Of a DNA stretch of 64,000 nt, positions 8,833 to 18,408 are shown piece by piece (positions within the stretch are counted from its first letter, which is position 1; each line of letters starts with the position of its first letter). The notes below the pieces were generated by a model. That model searched no databases. It saw only the letters and a program-made list of their open reading frames with translations, and was not told the origin of the DNA. Made by a program: the position numbers and the translations under genes. This DNA is from a bacterium (GTDB lineage Bacteria > Sysuimicrobiota > Sysuimicrobiia > Sysuimicrobiales > Segetimicrobiaceae). The stretch spans positions 121,422 to 185,421 of the forward strand of contig DATGFS010000048.1 in NCBI GenBank assembly GCA_035308905.1, in the 5' to 3' direction.

Positions 8833-10695
8833 GTGCATTCTCAGGCCGCGCCAAGTCAACCACGTCGGGGGAACAATGAGAACGTGGGATACCTGCCCAT
8901 CGAACGGTATGGTGTGGTCGGTGATCTTCGAACGGCGGCTCTGATCGGGGTCAACGGTTCCGTCGATTTCCTGTGCTTTCCCCGGTTCGACTCGCCGTCC
9001 ATCTTCCAGGCGCTGCTCGACGACGAGCGGGGCGGCCGGTTTGCCATCACGCCGCTCGTCGAGGACGTCCGGCACCGGCAGCACTACCTGTGGGATTCCA
9101 ACGTCTTGCTGAGCCGCTTCCTGGCCGCGGACGGCGTGGCGGAGATCTCCGATTTCATGCCCCTCGAGCCGCCCGGCGGCGCGCCGCAGCTCGTCCGCCG
9201 CGCGAAGACCGTGCGCGGCGAGGTCCGGTACCGGCTCCTCTGCGCGCCGCGATTCGACCACGCCCGCGCCCGGCACCGCGCGGTCGTGACCGAGGATGGC
9301 GTCGTGTTCACCCCAGACGCGACGGACCTGCCGGCGCTGCGACTCCGCGCCGAGGTGCCGATGCGCGTTCGCAACGGCGACGCGGTCGCGGAGTTCACCC
9401 TGGCCGCGGGCCAGACGTGCGCGTTCATCCTCGAAGAGGCCCGGCAGGGTGAGGCTCCGGCGGCCGAGTTTGGTGGCTACGTCTCCCAGTCGTTCAAAGA
9501 CACCCTCAACTACTGGCGCCGGTGGATCGCGCGGTCGACGTATCGGGGCCGCTGGCGTGAAATGGTGAACCGGTCCGCGCTCGCCTTGAAACTCCTCACC
9601 TCCAGCGAGTTCGGGTCGATCGTGGCGGCGCCGACGTTCGGTCTGCCGGAAGTCGTGGGCGGCGAGCGCAACTGGGACTACCGGTTCACCTGGATCCGCG
9701 ACGCGTCGTTCACCATCTACGCGCTGCTGCGCCTCGGCTACACGGACGAGGCACGGGCGTTCATGCACTGGATCGCGCTGCGCTGTGAGGACATGAACCC
9801 CGACGGGTCGCTGCAGACGATGTACGGCATCGACGGCCGCCGGGACCTGACCGAAGCGGCGCTGCCGAACCTCGCCGGGTACAAGGGATCCAGCCCCGTC
9901 CGCACCGGCAACGACGCGTTCCGCCAGCTGCAGCTCGATATCTACGGCGAACTCGTCGACAGTATCAATCTCTACGACAAATACGTGGTGCCCATCTCGT
10001 CGGGGTTCTGGGAGGGGCTCACGCGGCTGATCGAGTGGGTCTGCGACAACTGGCGGCAGGCGGACGAGGGCGTCTGGGAAGTCCGCGGCGGCGCCAAGGA
10101 ATTCTGCCAGTCACGCGTGATGTGCTGGGTCGCGCTCGACCGGGCGCTGCGGATCGCCCGGCGCCGGTCGTTTCCCGCACCGATCGGGCGCTGGCACGAC
10201 ATCCGTGACGAGATCTACCACAGCGTCTTCCACGACTTCTGGGATCCCACGCGGCAGGCGTTCGTGCAGCACAAAGGCGCGTCCGCGATGGGCGCCGCCA
10301 ATCTCCTAATGCCGCTCGCGCGGTTCGTGAGCCCGGTGGACCCGCGCTGGCTCTCCACGATGCGCGCGATCCAGCACGACCTCGTGGACGACTCGCTGGT
10401 GTACCGCTACCGGGTCGAGCAGGCGCCGGACGGTCTGCGGGGGCACGAGGGTACGTTCAATATGTGCTCGTTCTGGTACGTCGAGGCGCTGTCGCGGTCC
10501 GGCGACATCGAGCAGGCGCGGCTGCTCTTCGAGAAAAACTTCGGGTACGCGAACCACCTGGGCCTCTACTCCGAGCAGTTGGGGGCCTGCGGCGAGCACC
10601 TCGGCAACTTTCCCCAGGCGCTGACGCACATCGGGCTCATCAGCGCGGCCTACGATCTGAACCGCCGGCTCGAGGCCGCCGGGCAGGGGACTTAG
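8833..10695 (+). CDS. Glycoside hydrolase family 15 protein (glucoamylase/trehalase-like)
   Basis: N-terminus GYLPIERYGVVGDLRTAALIGVNGSVDFLCFPRFDSPS is characteristic of actinobacterial GH15 enzymes; the (alpha/alpha)6 catalytic region is conserved. Confidence 0.75.
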   Translation: MHSQAAPSQPRRGNNENVGYLPIERYGVVGDLRTAALIGVNGSVDFLCFPRFDSPSIFQALLDDERGGRFAITPLVEDVRHRQHYLWDSNVLLSRFLAADGVAEISDFMPLEPPGGAPQLVRRAKTVRGEVRYRLLCAPRFDHARARHRAVVTEDGVVFTPDATDLPALRLRAEVPMRVRNGDAVAEFTLAAGQTCAFILEEARQGEAPAAEFGGYVSQSFKDTLNYWRRWIARSTYRGRWREMVNRSALALKLLTSSEFGSIVAAPTFGLPEVVGGERNWDYRFTWIRDASFTIYALLRLGYTDEARAFMHWIALRCEDMNPDGSLQTMYGIDGRRDLTEAALPNLAGYKGSSPVRTGNDAFRQLQLDIYGELVDSINLYDKYVVPISSGFWEGLTRLIEWVCDNWRQADEGVWEVRGGAKEFCQSRVMCWVALDRALRIARRRSFPAPIGRWHDIRDEIYHSVFHDFWDPTRQAFVQHKGASAMGAANLLMPLARFVSPVDPRWLSTMRAIQHDLVDDSLVYRYRVEQAPDGLRGHEGTFNMCSFWYVEALSRSGDIEQARLLFEKNFGYANHLGLYSEQLGACGEHLGNFPQALTHIGLISAAYDLNRRLEAAGQGT

Positions 10696-12053
10696 GGACG
10701 CACGAACGTGCCGTCGCCCGGGCGCGCGACGACGCGCGTCTGCTCGTAGGCGGGCCGGCCGCGCACGAAGGTGTGCGTGACGCGGCCGCGCAGCGCCATG
10801 CCCTCGTACGGCGTCCAGCCGACGCCGCTGTGTAGCTCGGCGCCCCGCACCGTCCAGGTGGCCTCGGGGTCGAGCACGGCGATATCCGCGTCGGCGCCGG
10901 GCGCCAGCACGCCCTTGCGCGGGAACAGGCCGAAGTTTCTCGCGGGCTGCTCGGCGAGGAGGCGCGCGGCGTCGAGAATCGAGATCCGCCCCGCCGCGAC
11001 CCCCGCGTGGTGGAGCAGCGGCAGCAGCGTCTCCACGCCCGGGGCGCCGGACGCGTTCGCGAAGATGTCGGTCCGGTCGCTCTTCTGCGCCCGCGCCCAG
11101 GGCGCGTGGTCCGACGTCACCCAATCGACCCGCCCGGCCGCGAGATACGCCCACAGGCCCTGGACGTCTTTGCGCGACCGCAGCGGCGGATTGATCTTGG
11201 CGTAAGGCCCGAGCCGTTCCATCGCCTGTTCGTCGAGCACGAGATACTGGATGCAGGTTTCCACGGTCGCGTGCACGCCGTCCGCCCGGTAGCGCTCGAC
11301 CAGGTCGAACGACCGCGTCACGCTGGCGTGGACGATGTGGACGTGCACGCCGGCATGAAGGGCGAGTTCCAGCACCCGGTTGACCGCCTCGGTCTCCGAG
11401 ACCGGCGGCCGGGTCCGGCCGTGGGCCATCGGGCCCGTGTCACCGGCCGCCCGTGCCGCGGCGGTCGCGCGATCGACGATGTCCTGGTTCTCACAGTGCA
11501 CCGCGACGAGCCGTCCGGTCCCGGCGATGCGGCGGAACGCCTCGAGTATCTCGCCGTCCGGGATCCGCGGAAAGCGGATCGGATGCGATTCGTACGTTGA
11601 GATCTTGAAGGCGCAGGCGCCGGCCCGGGCGAGCGGCTCGATCGCGTCGAGGCCGCCTTCCTTGCGGATCGTGCCGTAGAGCGCGACGTCGCAGACCGCT
11701 TCCGCGCCGACGTCTTCGACCTTGCGCTCGAACGTTTCGACGTCCGGGACGGCCGCGGGCATGTCGTACGGCATGTCCACGACGGTCGTCACGCCGCCGG
11801 CCACGGCGGCCGCGGTGCAGTGCGTGATCCCCTCCGCCGGTTCGCTCCGGGTGTGCACGTGCGTGTCCACGGCGCCCGGCAGGACATACGATGTCCCGGT
11901 CTCCACGGTCCGGGCGGCGGCCGGGAGGCCGCCGCCCGCGTCGCCGATCGCCGCGATACGGCCGTCCTGCACCGCTACGTACCCGTCCTCGAGCACCCGC
12001 TCGGGCAGGACGACGCGGCCGCGAACGACGAGATCGCAGCGCGCCTGCGACAT
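10692..12053 (-). CDS. Cyclic amidohydrolase (allantoinase/hydantoinase/dihydroorotase superfamily)
   Basis: DTHVH metal-binding motif, a carboxylated-Lys region (AFKIS), and HxH...D ligands. Confidence 0.75.
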   Translation of the reverse strand: MSQARCDLVVRGRVVLPERVLEDGYVAVQDGRIAAIGDAGGGLPAAARTVETGTSYVLPGAVDTHVHTRSEPAEGITHCTAAAVAGGVTTVVDMPYDMPAAVPDVETFERKVEDVGAEAVCDVALYGTIRKEGGLDAIEPLARAGACAFKISTYESHPIRFPRIPDGEILEAFRRIAGTGRLVAVHCENQDIVDRATAAARAAGDTGPMAHGRTRPPVSETEAVNRVLELALHAGVHVHIVHASVTRSFDLVERYRADGVHATVETCIQYLVLDEQAMERLGPYAKINPPLRSRKDVQGLWAYLAAGRVDWVTSDHAPWARAQKSDRTDIFANASGAPGVETLLPLLHHAGVAAGRISILDAARLLAEQPARNFGLFPRKGVLAPGADADIAVLDPEATWTVRGAELHSGVGWTPYEGMALRGRVTHTFVRGRPAYEQTRVVARPGDGTFVRP

Positions 12054-12072
12054 CAGCCGCTCCGCCGGGCCG

Positions 12073-12993
12073 TCAACGCGCCGCCGCCGGGCTGGACGCC
12101 GGCTCGAGGTGTCCGCGCGCGACGAGGTGCCCGACGATCCGGTCGAGCTGCCGCAGCGTCATCGCGTCCGCGACGGCGCCGGGATGCCGGACGGTGGCGG
12201 TGCGGATCGCTCCGCGCCGGACGAGGATTTCCTTGCGCAGCGAGACCCCGATGCCGGGCTGAAACTCGAACCGCGCCAGGTTGACGAAGTCGTAGAACAG
12301 GGCCGCCGCTCCCGCCGCGTCGCCGGCGCGGTGGAGGCGGTAGAGGCGGACGAGCAGTTCGGGGTAGGCCAGCCCGCTCATGATGCCCACCGCGCCGCGC
12401 TCGAGCTCTTCGAAGGCGTAGAGTCCGCCGAGCGCGCCGAAGATCCCAAACGTCTCGCCGGCGAGCGCGCGGATGCGTTCCATCTTGGGCCCGGTCGGCG
12501 CGTCCTCGAGCTTCACGTACTCGACCCGCTCCAGCTCCTTGTAGAGGCGCGCGAGCAGCGCGGGCGTCATGAGCACGTCGGTCGCCGGCGGGTAGTCCTG
12601 GATGATCAGCGGGACCACCGCGGCCTTCGCGACGCGCTCGTAGTAGCCGAAGAGCACGCCCTCGTTTTGGATGCGCGGCGGCGTCACCAGCAGCGCGTCC
12701 GCGCCGAGGCCCTCGGCCCGGCGGCACGCCTGGATCGCCGCGTCGGTGCCGTTTGCGCCGGCGCCGACGACGAGCGCCTTTCCCGCCGGCAGCGCGCGCC
12801 GGAACGCCTCGACGACCTGATCGCGCTCCGCGTCCGTCAGCCGGTCGACCTCGCCCATGACGCCGAGAACCGCCAGCCCGTCGACGCCGCACCGGAGCAT
12901 GAACGCCGTCATCGTCTGAATGCTCTCGACGTCGATCCGTCCCTGCTCGTCGAACGGGGTGGGGGTAATCGGAAAAATCCCGGCCAGTGCCAT
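12073..12993 (-). CDS. Dihydrodipicolinate synthase/N-acetylneuraminate lyase family (DapA-like) aldolase
   Basis: TPF...DGLAVLGVMGE...YVKLEDA pattern of DHDPS-family Schiff-base lyases. Confidence 0.7.
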   Translation of the reverse strand: MALAGIFPITPTPFDEQGRIDVESIQTMTAFMLRCGVDGLAVLGVMGEVDRLTDAERDQVVEAFRRALPAGKALVVGAGANGTDAAIQACRRAEGLGADALLVTPPRIQNEGVLFGYYERVAKAAVVPLIIQDYPPATDVLMTPALLARLYKELERVEYVKLEDAPTGPKMERIRALAGETFGIFGALGGLYAFEELERGAVGIMSGLAYPELLVRLYRLHRAGDAAGAAALFYDFVNLARFEFQPGIGVSLRKEILVRRGAIRTATVRHPGAVADAMTLRQLDRIVGHLVARGHLEPASSPAAAR

Positions 12994-13044
12994 CGTCGAT
13001 CCTCCGTGAGAACGCGTGCGCTATGGCTTCGTCGGGCGGGCCGG

Positions 13045-14031
13045 CTATTCTTGCTCCAACGGGGCGCCGAGCGACGCGGGCGGCGACGACTGCAGGGCGC
13101 GCAGCGTGCGGAGCAGCCTGCGGCGCGCGCCGGGCGGCAGCCGGTGCAGCGCGCGGTGAATCCGCTCCGAGTTGCCGAGCGCCACGAGCAGCAGCGCGAG
13201 GATCATCAGCGGGAAGGGCAGCGTGGGGAACACCTGGGTCGGAACGCGCGGCATCAGACTCTGCAGCACCGTGCCGAGGGTCTGGAGCAGCACGAACAGG
13301 TACGCGCCGCCGGCTCCGCGCAGCGGATCCCAGTTCCCGAAGATCACGATCGCGAGCACGATCCATCCGGTGCCCTCGATCCCGTACGGACGGCTCCAGC
13401 CCGGTTTGACCGCGAGCGAGAAGGCGGCGCCGCCGAGCCCGACGAGCGCCCCGCCCGCGACCGCGTACAGGTACCGCGTGCGCGTGACCGCGATGCCGCG
13501 CGCCGCGGCCGCCGCCGGATGCTCGCCGACCCCGCGCAGGACGAGCCCGGGGGCCGTCTTGGCGAGATACCACCAGACGGCCGCGGTCGCGACGAAGCTC
13601 AGGTAGACGAGCGCGTCCTGCTGGAACAGCACCGGTCCCACAAGCGGCCATTGCGCCAGGACCGGGACCGGCGCGGGCGAGACCTGCGGCCCCGGTACGT
13701 GCGCCACCGGCGCGCCGAGCAGATACGCCAGGTTCTGGCAGAGGAGCGTCAGCACGAAGCCCGTCGCCACCTGGTGCTGCCGGAGGGTGAGACTCGCGAA
13801 CGCGACGACGAAGCCGGCCGCGGCCCCGACCGCCATTGCGGCGGCCGCGCCCGCGGGAACGCTTCCCGCCGCGCGCGCCGCGGCGAATCCCGTCATTGCG
13901 CTCAACAGCAAGAGGCCGTCCAACGATAGGTTGATGACCCCCGATTTCTCCGCGAGGGTCTCCCCGAGCACCGCGAAGATCACCGGTGGCGACGCGGCGA
14001 CGACGGCGGCGATAAGCGGCACCGGATCCAC
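13045..14031 (-). CDS. ABC transporter permease (BMP/nucleoside-type, second permease)
   Basis: Polytopic; N-terminus AVLGETLAEKSGVINLSLDGLLLL typical of this permease family. GTG start at 14031, 2 nt after the upstream permease stop. The first 170 codons of the track ORF are junk. Confidence 0.6.
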   Translation of the reverse strand: MDPVPLIAAVVAASPPVIFAVLGETLAEKSGVINLSLDGLLLLSAMTGFAAARAAGSVPAGAAAAMAVGAAAGFVVAFASLTLRQHQVATGFVLTLLCQNLAYLLGAPVAHVPGPQVSPAPVPVLAQWPLVGPVLFQQDALVYLSFVATAAVWWYLAKTAPGLVLRGVGEHPAAAAARGIAVTRTRYLYAVAGGALVGLGGAAFSLAVKPGWSRPYGIEGTGWIVLAIVIFGNWDPLRGAGGAYLFVLLQTLGTVLQSLMPRVPTQVFPTLPFPLMILALLLVALGNSERIHRALHRLPPGARRRLLRTLRALQSSPPASLGAPLEQE

Positions 14032-14033
14032 CG

Positions 14034-15065
14034 TCAGGTCCCCTCGCGCAGGAATCGAGTCTGGAAGCCTCTCAACAAGATCACACACAGCACCAGCAGG
14101 CCCTGAAGCACGCCTCCCATCGAGGAGTCGAGCTGCATCGCCAGCGGGAGCTGCAGGCTGCCCATTGAGATCGCCGCGAACGCGGCCGCGATCGCCGCGC
14201 AGGCCACGGCATGCTGCCCCGCGAGCAGCACCACGAGGATCGCGAGGTATCCGTTGCCGGCTGAGATCAGCGGAAACAACTGGTGCCGGGAGTAGGCGCC
14301 GGCGACCAGGGCGAACCCGGCGAGCCCCGCGAGTGCGCCGCAGAGCGCGAATGCGCGGAGGGTCTCCCGGGTCGTCGCGATGCCTCGGAGCTGCGCGGCC
14401 CGCAGACTGTGTCCGATCGCGGTGAGGTAGAGGCCGAAGTAGGTCCCGCGGAGCGCCGCGGAGACCGCGCCGATCGCCGCGAGCCCCAGGAGGACTTCGA
14501 TTGGCACGGCGACGCGCGAGACCCGGAGCGCCGGCAGCCACAGCGCCGGGTCAAACGGCAGGGTGCCGCTCGTCGACGCGATGCCGGGGCGCGCCCACGG
14601 GCCCAGCACCAGGTACACGGTGAGGCTGCCGGCGATGAAGTTGAGCCCCAGGCCGCCGAAGATCTCGTTCACGCGTCCGTACGCCCGAAGCGCGCCGGCC
14701 AGGAGCGCCCAGAGCGCGCCGCCCGCGGCTCCGGCGAGGCCGGCCGAGACGAGCGCGAGCCAGGGCGGTCCGAGGTGCTCCAACGCGCGCAGGGCGCCGG
14801 TCGCACAGACGGCGCCGAAGATCACCTGGCCTTCGATCCCGATGTTCCACAGGCCCGCGGCAAAGGTGACCAGCAATCCGGCGGCCGCGAGAAGCAGCGG
14901 GGCCCAGGCGGCCAGGACGAACGTCGCGCGCTCCGGCGATCCGACGGCGCCGGCGAGGATCAGACTGTACGCCTGCGCGGGCGACGCCGACACGATTCGA
15001 AGCACGGCCGCGCCGGCGAGTGCCGTCGCGGCGAGGCCCGCCGCGGCGAACCCCAGACGCCGCAC
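14034..15065 (-). CDS. ABC transporter permease (BMP/nucleoside-type, first permease)
   Basis: Polytopic membrane protein with an NIGIEGQ motif. Confidence 0.65.
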   Translation of the reverse strand: MRRLGFAAAGLAATALAGAAVLRIVSASPAQAYSLILAGAVGSPERATFVLAAWAPLLLAAAGLLVTFAAGLWNIGIEGQVIFGAVCATGALRALEHLGPPWLALVSAGLAGAAGGALWALLAGALRAYGRVNEIFGGLGLNFIAGSLTVYLVLGPWARPGIASTSGTLPFDPALWLPALRVSRVAVPIEVLLGLAAIGAVSAALRGTYFGLYLTAIGHSLRAAQLRGIATTRETLRAFALCGALAGLAGFALVAGAYSRHQLFPLISAGNGYLAILVVLLAGQHAVACAAIAAAFAAISMGSLQLPLAMQLDSSMGGVLQGLLVLCVILLRGFQTRFLREGT

Positions 15066-15091
15066 GACAGGCGGGACGGCGCGGCGGCGGC

Positions 15092-16555
15092 TCAGAGTCC
15101 CTTGCCTCCGATGAGTTCTCCGAGTTGCGCGACGGTGGCGCGGCGGGCGTCGATCGGCGCGGAGACGCGGCCGCCGGAGAACACCACGATCCGGTCGCTG
15201 CGATCCAGGAGCTCGTCGAGATCCGAAGACGAGAACACGATCGCCGTGCCGTGGGCGCGCCGGTCGAGCAGCCGCCGCCAGATCTCCTCCGCCGATTCCA
15301 AGTCCAGGCCGCGCGTCGGATGTTCCATGAGGAGCACGGTGAGGCGCGCGGGCAGCAGCGCGAGCAGCGCCCGCTGCTGGTTGCCGCCGGAGAGCGCGCG
15401 CACGTCCGTGTCGGGCGTGCCGCGAATGTTGAACTCACGGATGCGCCGGGCCGCGGACCGGACGGCCTGCCGCCGGTCGACGAACGCGGATCGCCGGGGC
15501 TCCGCGATCGCGGCGTGTTCCGCCACCGTGAGCCCGGGGATCAATCCCTCGCCGAGGCGTCCGGCCGGAACGTACCCGATCCCCGCCGCGAGAAAGTGTT
15601 GGTAGGGACGGCCGGTCAGGTCGCGTCCGCCGATGAGGATGCGCCCGCCGATCGGCGGGATCAGTCCCGCGCACACCTGGAGCAGCAGCCGCTGTCCGCT
15701 TCCCTCGAGGCCCGCCAAACCGACGACCTCGCCGGCCGAAACTTGAAGAACGACGTGCTCGAGGGTGAGGAGCGTGTCGCCGACCGCGAGATCGGCGAGG
15801 TCGAGCACCGTCGGGCCGAGCCGGATCCGGGGCCGCGGCGCCCTGGGCAGGTCGCGGCCGAACATCAGACGCACGAGCGTGCCGGTCTCGCACGGGATCG
15901 GCGCCTCGCCGGCGACCCTGCCGTGGCGCAGGACGGTGACGCGGTCGCAGATCTCCTGGACCTCTTCCAGTTTGTGGGACACGAAGAACACTACGCGGCC
16001 CTGCGCGGCCATGGCGCGCAGGGCCGCGAAGAGCTGCGTCCGCTGCGACGCGGAGATCGCTGTGGTCGGCTCGTCGAGGATGAGCACCTGCACGCCGAGC
16101 CAGAGGAGGCGCACAATCTCCAACTGCTGGCGTTCGGCCACGGTCAGATGGTCGCACCGGGCCTCCGGGTCGAGGGCGAAGCCGAACCGCGCGGCGAGGT
16201 CCCGCAGCGCGTCACGGGCCCGGCGGCGGCGCGGGACGAGCCCGACCGGCGCGCCGACCAGGAAGTTGTCCAGGACGCTCATCGACGGGAAATCGAGCGG
16301 ATCCTGGTGGACCATGCCGATGTGGGTGCGGAGCGCCTGCGACGCCGAGCCGATCCGCACCGGCGTGCCGTCGAGCAGGATCTGACCGCCGTCCGGGGCG
16401 AGCGTCCCGGACACGATCTTCATCAAGGTGCTCTTGCCCGCGCCGTTCTCGCCGAGCACCCCGTGGATCGTGCCGGCTTCGGCCGCGAGGGTGATGCCGT
16501 CGTTGGCGCGCACGGCGCCGAAGGACTTGCGAATCTCCCTCAGTTCGACGCGCAT
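15092..16555 (-). CDS. ABC transporter ATP-binding protein with duplicated NBDs
   Basis: Two Walker A (GENGAGKST / GLEGSGQ), signature and Walker B regions; sugar/nucleoside-type tandem ATPase. Confidence 0.8.
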   Translation of the reverse strand: MRVELREIRKSFGAVRANDGITLAAEAGTIHGVLGENGAGKSTLMKIVSGTLAPDGGQILLDGTPVRIGSASQALRTHIGMVHQDPLDFPSMSVLDNFLVGAPVGLVPRRRRARDALRDLAARFGFALDPEARCDHLTVAERQQLEIVRLLWLGVQVLILDEPTTAISASQRTQLFAALRAMAAQGRVVFFVSHKLEEVQEICDRVTVLRHGRVAGEAPIPCETGTLVRLMFGRDLPRAPRPRIRLGPTVLDLADLAVGDTLLTLEHVVLQVSAGEVVGLAGLEGSGQRLLLQVCAGLIPPIGGRILIGGRDLTGRPYQHFLAAGIGYVPAGRLGEGLIPGLTVAEHAAIAEPRRSAFVDRRQAVRSAARRIREFNIRGTPDTDVRALSGGNQQRALLALLPARLTVLLMEHPTRGLDLESAEEIWRRLLDRRAHGTAIVFSSSDLDELLDRSDRIVVFSGGRVSAPIDARRATVAQLGELIGGKGL

Positions 16556-16576
16556 GCGGCCGTTCGAGCCGCGGCG

Positions 16577-17782
16577 CTATTTATTGGCGCCGGTCATGCC
16601 CTCGAGAAGCTGCGGCATGTACCAGATCTGCGCGTCGCTCGCGATCTGGCCCGCGCTCAAGTACGCGGAGCCGTCCGCCAGGCGCAGCGGCCCCTTCCAC
16701 AGCACGATCGAGCGGCCGCCCATCCCTTTGACCAGCGCGTCGAGCCGCGCGCCGGTCGTGGCGCTCAGCGGGGTGCCCTTCTCGAAGCCGACCGCCGAGG
16801 TGTCCGGGTTGTTGATGTTCGTCCAGTCGGGACCGTTCCAATCCCAGTACTGCTGGTAGGTGCCGTTTTGCACCATCGTGATCGCCTTCACGTACGCCGG
16901 GCCCCAGTTGAAGTAGGGGACCCCAAGACACACGCTCGGCGCCTCCGCGCAGGCGTGCTGGAAGTCGTACGGAACCGCCCAGACGCGCTTGCCGGCCTTC
17001 GCCAGTTTGTTGGCCTCCACCAGCGCCTCCGTCGTGTCGATGCCGGACATCACGACGTCGTAGCCGCTGCCGAAGAAGTCGTCGGCGACCTTCGTCGGAT
17101 CGAGCGTCTGCCCGGGGATGTTGAACCAGAAGCCGATCCAGGTCACTTTGAAGATCAGGGCGCCCGCGGGCCGGCGGAGATAGGTCGTCCAGCAGTACCG
17201 CGCCCCGAGGTACGCGGAGTCGGCCAGCCGGCGGGTCTCGTCGTTCGCGAGCGGGCCGAGGAAGCCGATCTTGCCCGTGCGCGTCGTCAGCGCGGCGGCG
17301 CAGCCCCCGAGCATCTTCATGTACTCCATGCGGCCCATGAAGTTGCTCTCGTTCGGCGGCGCCTTGTAGTCCCGGCCGGCCTTCCAAGCGTGGTCACCGG
17401 AGACGTTGATGATCGGCAGCTGCGGGTGCGCCTTCGCGGCCTCCAGCGTCCCGTCCTTGAAGTCGTCCGACGTGGTCACGACCAGCCGCGCGCCCTTGGA
17501 GATGAGGTCGTCGACCACCTGGGGCACGGTCACCCCGGGCTTCGCGGCCGGGTTGACGTTGTCCACGTAGATCATTTTGGCGCCCGGGACCTTACGCTCG
17601 GCGTACTGCGCGCCGATATAATGGGCCTCGCTCCAGCCGTGGTCGTTCCGCGGCCCCACGAGGACGATGCCGAACGGAACGCCCGCGGCGGCCGCCGTCG
17701 CGGTAGGGGCGACGCCCGGGGGAGCCAGCATGACACCGAGCAAGACCGTCGTGACGAGGACGCACGCGGCAACTCTCCACAT
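16577..17782 (-). CDS. BMP-family (basic membrane protein / PnrA-like) ABC substrate-binding lipoprotein
   Basis: Signal peptide, then the BMP-family fold. Start ATG at 17782 with RBS AAAGGAG. Confidence 0.7.
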   Translation of the reverse strand: MWRVAACVLVTTVLLGVMLAPPGVAPTATAAAAGVPFGIVLVGPRNDHGWSEAHYIGAQYAERKVPGAKMIYVDNVNPAAKPGVTVPQVVDDLISKGARLVVTTSDDFKDGTLEAAKAHPQLPIINVSGDHAWKAGRDYKAPPNESNFMGRMEYMKMLGGCAAALTTRTGKIGFLGPLANDETRRLADSAYLGARYCWTTYLRRPAGALIFKVTWIGFWFNIPGQTLDPTKVADDFFGSGYDVVMSGIDTTEALVEANKLAKAGKRVWAVPYDFQHACAEAPSVCLGVPYFNWGPAYVKAITMVQNGTYQQYWDWNGPDWTNINNPDTSAVGFEKGTPLSATTGARLDALVKGMGGRSIVLWKGPLRLADGSAYLSAGQIASDAQIWYMPQLLEGMTGANK

Positions 17783-17881
17783 ATGGGGAAGCGCGCTCCT
17801 TTCCGGATCGAGGGATGAGTCAGAGCAGACTAGACCGGTCGGGATGGTAGTTCCCGGCAAGCGCGGGTTTCCCTACTTTGG

Positions 17882-17910
17882 TTGACAGGGCGGCGCGGGG
17901 GTTCTACCAT
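17882..17910 (+). promoter_or_regulatory. Putative sigma70-type promoter for tRNA-Asp
   Basis: TTGACA, 17-nt spacer, TACCAT; about 27 nt upstream of the mature tRNA 5' end. Confidence 0.35.
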
Positions 17911-17937
17911 GACTGATGGCGGGAGTGCCGCTTGCGC

Positions 17938-18016
17938 GGGGGCGTGGTGTAGCCTGGTTTAACACATCTGCCTGTCACGCAGAAGATCGCGGGTTCAAAT
18001 CCCGTCGCTCCCGCCA
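17938..18016 (+). tRNA. tRNA-Asp (anticodon GTC), CCA encoded
   Basis: Cloverleaf folded by hand. Acceptor GGGGGCG/CGCTCCC (one G-U pair); D stem GTGT/ACAC; anticodon stem TCTGC/GCAGA with loop CTGTCAC; T arm GCGGG-TTCAAAT-CCCGT; discriminator G; CCA. Confidence 0.8.
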
Positions 18017-18060
18017 GACCAAACTCAGCCAGGTTTCTTTACGATTCCCCGGTCACGGCC

Positions 18061-18408
18061 TCAGGTCCGGTGCTTCCGTGCCAATCGGCTTACGATAGGA
18101 ATTGCAACGTCCTTGGCATTGTAGGCTTGGATCGCATAAAAGAGCGACAGCACGATGAACGTCGGCCACAGGACAGGGTACACGAGAAAGAGCCAGTGCA
18201 AGTGTGGGAGGCCGGCGCCGATATTCCACAGGATATAGATGCACACCCAGGCGGCCGCCCAGTACAGTGCATGCCATCCGTGGTAGCGCATGAACGGGTC
18301 CTTCTTGAGGTCGGTCAGAAGGATGACGAGTGCGACGACCCAGATTGGGTATGCCAGAGCGGCCAGCAACCGCTTCGAATCATCCGCCGGTGCGGATTGG
18401 CTACTCAT
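18061..18408 (-). CDS. DUF4870-family small membrane protein
   Basis: LAALAYPIWVVALVILL...KKDPFMRYHGWHAL matches the DUF4870 signature. Start taken at the internal ATG at 18408. Confidence 0.5.
   Translation of the reverse strand: MSSQSAPADDSKRLLAALAYPIWVVALVILLTDLKKDPFMRYHGWHALYWAAAWVCIYILWNIGAGLPHLHWLFLVYPVLWPTFIVLSLFYAIQAYNAKDVAIPIVSRLARKHRT

Noticed and set aside
11722-13929. 735-aa plus-strand ORF across the amidohydrolase, DapA-like and permease genes
   Set aside because: Antisense to three well-supported minus-strand genes; the composition is junk-like.
15020-17818. 932-aa plus-strand ORF across the ABC ATPase and BMP SBP genes
   Set aside because: Antisense artefact with no motifs. 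The minus-strand genes carry Walker, signature and signal-peptide features.
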